From: Nemertoderma westbladi
Lineage: Eukaryota > Animalia > Xenacoelomorpha
Reading direction: 5' to 3'
Assembly (NCBI GenBank): GCA_032718475.1
Contig: JAUCBJ010006835.1
Coordinates: forward strand, 1 to 36,946
Length of the DNA stretch: 36,946 nucleotides
The translations under genes were made by a program, and so were the position numbers. Shown here piece after piece: positions 33,673-36,946 of the stretch (position 1 is its first letter; the number at the start of each line of letters is the position of its first letter). The notes beneath the pieces are model-generated. The model was given only the letters and a program-made list of their open reading frames with translations, had not been told where the DNA came from and made no database searches.

Positions 33673-34461
33673 TATGAGGCGCCATTAACGCCAAAAGGTC
33701 AGCAATAATATTAAAGGTTTTAAAAAGAATATTAGAGAATTTCAAAACATATTTTCGGCCGAAATTTCGGCCGAAATATTTTGTTACATTTTTTCAGCTC
33801 TTTCATTTGATGTCATTTTCGGCCGAAATTTCGACCGAAATTTCGGCCGAAATATTTTATTACATTTTTTCAGCTCTTTCATTTGATGTCATTTTCGGCC
33901 GAAATTTCGACCGAAATTTCGGCCGAAATATTTTATTACATTTTTTCAGCTCTTTCATTTGATGTCATTTTCAGCCGAAATTTCGACCGAATTTTCGACC
34001 GAAATTTCGGCCGAAATATTTTATTACATTTTTTCAGCTCTTTCATTTGATGTCATTTTCGGCCGAAATTCGACTGAATTTTCGGCCGAAATATATTATT
34101 ACATTTTTTCAGCTCTTCAATTTGATGTCATTTTCGGCCGAAATCTCGACCGAAATCTTTTATTACACTTTCAGCTCTTCCATTTGATGACATTTTCGGC
34201 CGAAATTTCGGCCGAAATCTCGACCGAAATTTCGGCCGAAAATGACATCAAATGAAAGAGCTGAAAAAATGTAACAAAATATTTCGGCCGAAAATTCGGT
34301 CGAAATTTCGGCCGAAAATGACATCAAATGAAAGAGCTGAAAAAATGTAACAAAATATTTCGGCCGAAATTTCGGCCGAAAATATGTTTTGAAATCCTCT
34401 AATATTCTTTTTAAAACCTTTGATATTATTGCTGACCTTTTGGCGTTAACGGCGCCTCATA
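33673..34461. mobile_element. Wholly palindromic TIR element with 6-bp TSD (IS3EU-like MITE) built of 76-bp subrepeats
   Basis: CCTGTG|TATGAGGCGCC...GGCGCCTCATA|CCTGTG; 76-bp units (33815, 33891...) made of TTTCGGCCGAAA palindromes; inversion centre near 34225. Confidence 0.92.
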
Positions 34462-34712
34462 CCTGTGTACCGGTATCGCGGTACCGGTATCTGATCTGGG
34501 TCCAGTCACATTTCAAGTACTGAAGTACCGGTACCTACAGTACAAATGCAATACAAAATATTCTAAATTTTTATTAATTTACGAGTTTGTACAGTGAATT
34601 TGTTGAGGCTATGGAGGATTTGTATATTATTGGTAAATTTGGTTTATTATTTTGGATAGGTTTAGTTGGTAAGGTCAGAAGGTTGTAAGATCTTAACCCT
34701 AATTCAGTAGGC

Positions 34713-35434
34713 CTAATTAAAACTGGCATGTACCGGTAGATGTAACCCTAACTCTACTCCCAAGTCATAATCTAAAAAAATTAGAGGAATTTCCGACATT
34801 ATTGCCATAAGACAGTAAGCAGGTAAGGGCCGATAAAGGCAATAGTCCGAACCGAACCCGACAGCCCGAAGTTCCTCTAAATTGTCCTAAATTCCCCTCA
34901 AAAAAATATTTTTATTCATAAATCCCAACATTACTTTACTCATAGTCATAAGTATATAGTTATTATTGTGAATCATAACAATCAATTTTTATTGTGAATA
35001 TTTCATTGCACATAGCTGCATAGCCTACTGTTCACTGTTTACTGTACCGGTACCCTTGTATTTATTTTATTTTATATTTTCAGCACCGCTTCGGTCTATT
35101 CTACTGCACCGTTTTATGCTTTTTTATTTTGAATTTTTATGTAAATATGATATTTTTATTCATTGCACCAAAATTTTTTTCTCAATTTTCAGAAATTCGT
35201 AGACTATGACATTGTTGCGTTAATTTTATTTTGTAGAATATATTTCTGTATTTTTGTGTAATTTTAGAGCTTGCTCGGGCAACCATAAGTGTTTAATTTT
35301 AATAACCTGGTTGTTTTCTTTCCTCATGTACATTTAATTTAATTTTTTATAAATACATAGAGTGATATAATAATAATAATTTCTTAGATTATGACTTAGG
35401 GATAGAGTTCGTTACATGACAGACAGTTTTAATT
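34713..35434. repeat. Degenerate inverted repeat pair (old MITE)
   Basis: TAATTAAAACTG...AACTCTACTCCCAAGTCATAATCTAA versus TTAGATTATGACTTAGGGATAGAGTT...CAGTTTTAATTA. Confidence 0.6.
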
Positions 35435-35661
35435 ACTGAATTATGGATAGGCCCCCACTACTGCACTACTGTAAACTGCCCAACAAAATGTAGGTATTCC
35501 AATCGTGACTTTCCCGCTCCCCGGTATTTTGTATCTGTATAGATAGAACTTTTCTCGACTGCTCGATGACCATCACACATCAAGACTGTTAAGATATCAG
35601 GCTTTGTCCAGTTGTCATATCAATAAGTACATGCGTGTCCTAGTCACCGTATTATGCATAG

Positions 35662-35763
35662 TTGCGGGTAAGGTCTGAAGGTTACAGTTATAGACCGCAT
35701 CGGTCTATAATAATAGAATAATCGGTCTATAACTGTTGTACAGTTGTATCCTTACCCGCAGCT
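35662..35763. repeat. ~100-bp hairpin element upstream of VPS26C
   Basis: TGCGGGTAAGG/CCTTACCCGCA and ACAGTTATAGACCG/CGGTCTATAACTGT inverted pairs. Confidence 0.7.
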
Positions 35764-35955
35764 TGTCATATCGGTCATTCAACTTAAAAGAGTAAATGGA
35801 TTCTAATATACAGTAGCATACCGGTTCATTATTATTAGCAGTACAGCAGTTAGAATATTTCAGTATTTCTTTGGCATAATTATTATTCATTAATTTATTT
35901 TTAAATTAAATATTTCCTGCGTTTATGACTGTATGAATTGAGTAAAGGAAGAGTA

Positions 35956-36840
35956 ATGTCGGTAGATATCCGTTTAAAGAGGGTTGACAAGACGTACCGC
36001 GAAGGCGAGACCTTGTCTGGGATTGTTATCGTACATAGCAAAGGCGACATGTCGCATCTGGGAGTCTTATTGACGATGGACGGTTCGGTCAATCTACAAC
36101 TCAGTGCCAAATCAGTTGGAATGTTTGAGGCATTCTACAATTCTATTAAACCTTTACAGCTACTGCAATATGGCCTAGAAGTAGCGAAACCCGGCAAGTT
36201 TCCATCCGGAAAAACCGAGTTGCCTTTCGAAGTTCCTTTAAAACCCAAAGGAAATAGAACCCTATATGAGAGTTACCACGGAGTCTATGTGAATATATTA
36301 TACCAACTGAAAGTCGATGTGAAACGATCAGTGCTTAGTAAACATCTGACTTGTCAAAGCGAGTTTGTTATCAACAATATTCCTAAAGAAGTTAATGAGA
36401 AATTCAAGTCGATACCTTTCACGATTTCTCCTGATTCGTTAGCTAATATTAAAGGCCGGGCAGCTGTTCCCAGTTTTAAGGTCCATGGGGTTATCGATTC
36501 GACTACTTGTAGAATCTCGCAGCCTTTCACGGGCCACATTGTGGTGGACCATTCGGATACGGCGATTAAGTCTGTGGAGTTACAGTTGGTTCGGGTTGAG
36601 ACTTGCGGTTGTGCGGAAGGATACTCTAAGGACGCCTCCGAGATACAGAACATACAGATAGCCGACGGAGATGTGTACCGTGGACTCAGTATACCCATAT
36701 ATATGGTATTCCCGAGACTGTTTACTTGCCCCTCCCTCGTCGCAACCAACTTTAAGGTTGAATTCGAACTTAATATTGTTATTCTACTAGAAGATAACCG
36801 AATAATTACAGAAAATTTTCCTATTCAAATTATTCGCTAA
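35956..36840 (+). CDS. VPS26C: Vacuolar protein sorting 26C (DSCR3), Retriever complex subunit, single coding exon, 294 aa
   Basis: Signature motifs VNLQLSAKSVGMFEAFYNS, KPGKFPSGKTE, LYESYHGV, SVELQLVRVETCGCAEGY, EIQNIQIADGDV, FPRLFTCP, ITENFP. The first ATG is at 35956; the ORF-track start at 35938 is TTG. Confidence 0.98.
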   Translation: MSVDIRLKRVDKTYREGETLSGIVIVHSKGDMSHLGVLLTMDGSVNLQLSAKSVGMFEAFYNSIKPLQLLQYGLEVAKPGKFPSGKTELPFEVPLKPKGNRTLYESYHGVYVNILYQLKVDVKRSVLSKHLTCQSEFVINNIPKEVNEKFKSIPFTISPDSLANIKGRAAVPSFKVHGVIDSTTCRISQPFTGHIVVDHSDTAIKSVELQLVRVETCGCAEGYSKDASEIQNIQIADGDVYRGLSIPIYMVFPRLFTCPSLVATNFKVEFELNIVILLEDNRIITENFPIQIIR

Positions 36841-36946
36841 TTTTGTTACAATTTTGATTTGCTACCGTAATTAAATTTATTCAAACACTGCCTCGCAGTT
36901 TCAGTACATAAACTACACTTATTTCAATTATAATTGAAAAATAATT

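Noticed and set aside
33959-34255. SAEISTEF repeat ORF
   Set aside because: Translation of the 12-bp palindromic repeats.
36354-36749. Antisense ORF in VPS26C
   Set aside because: Shadow ORF of a conserved gene.

Overview
This is a repeat-rich, AT-rich window from an animal (probably invertebrate) nuclear genome, not a prokaryotic one. Three host genes are supported. (1) A minus-strand exon (2232-2420) encodes a GnRH/corazonin/AKH-superfamily neuropeptide precursor: signal peptide + ANGFTGASNWFPG + G-KR, ending at a phase-0 GTAAGA donor. (2) An intact, intronless KICS2/C12orf66 (KICSTOR subunit) lies at 13838-15187. (3) An intact, intronless VPS26C/DSCR3 (Retriever subunit) lies at 35956-36840. 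Most of the rest is transposon debris: two TA(C/T)...ATA elements with 6-bp TSDs (IS3EU-like), hAT-like, Tc1/mariner-like and foldback-like MITEs, a Helentron/DINE-1-like family, four pieces of one RTE LINE family, other LINE relics and a very homogeneous 62-bp tandem array (18021-19907, no spacers, so not CRISPR). Beyond the neuropeptide, two signals stand out. Pervasive TA-xxx-TA words can be shown, by comparing paralogous repeats within the window, to be TA-to-TAxxxTA insertions, i.e. probable excision footprints. Two RTE fragments 21 kb apart abut at the same 27-nt hairpin-containing junction, each flanked by its own long direct repeat. All family assignments are from recognition by eye; no database search was run.
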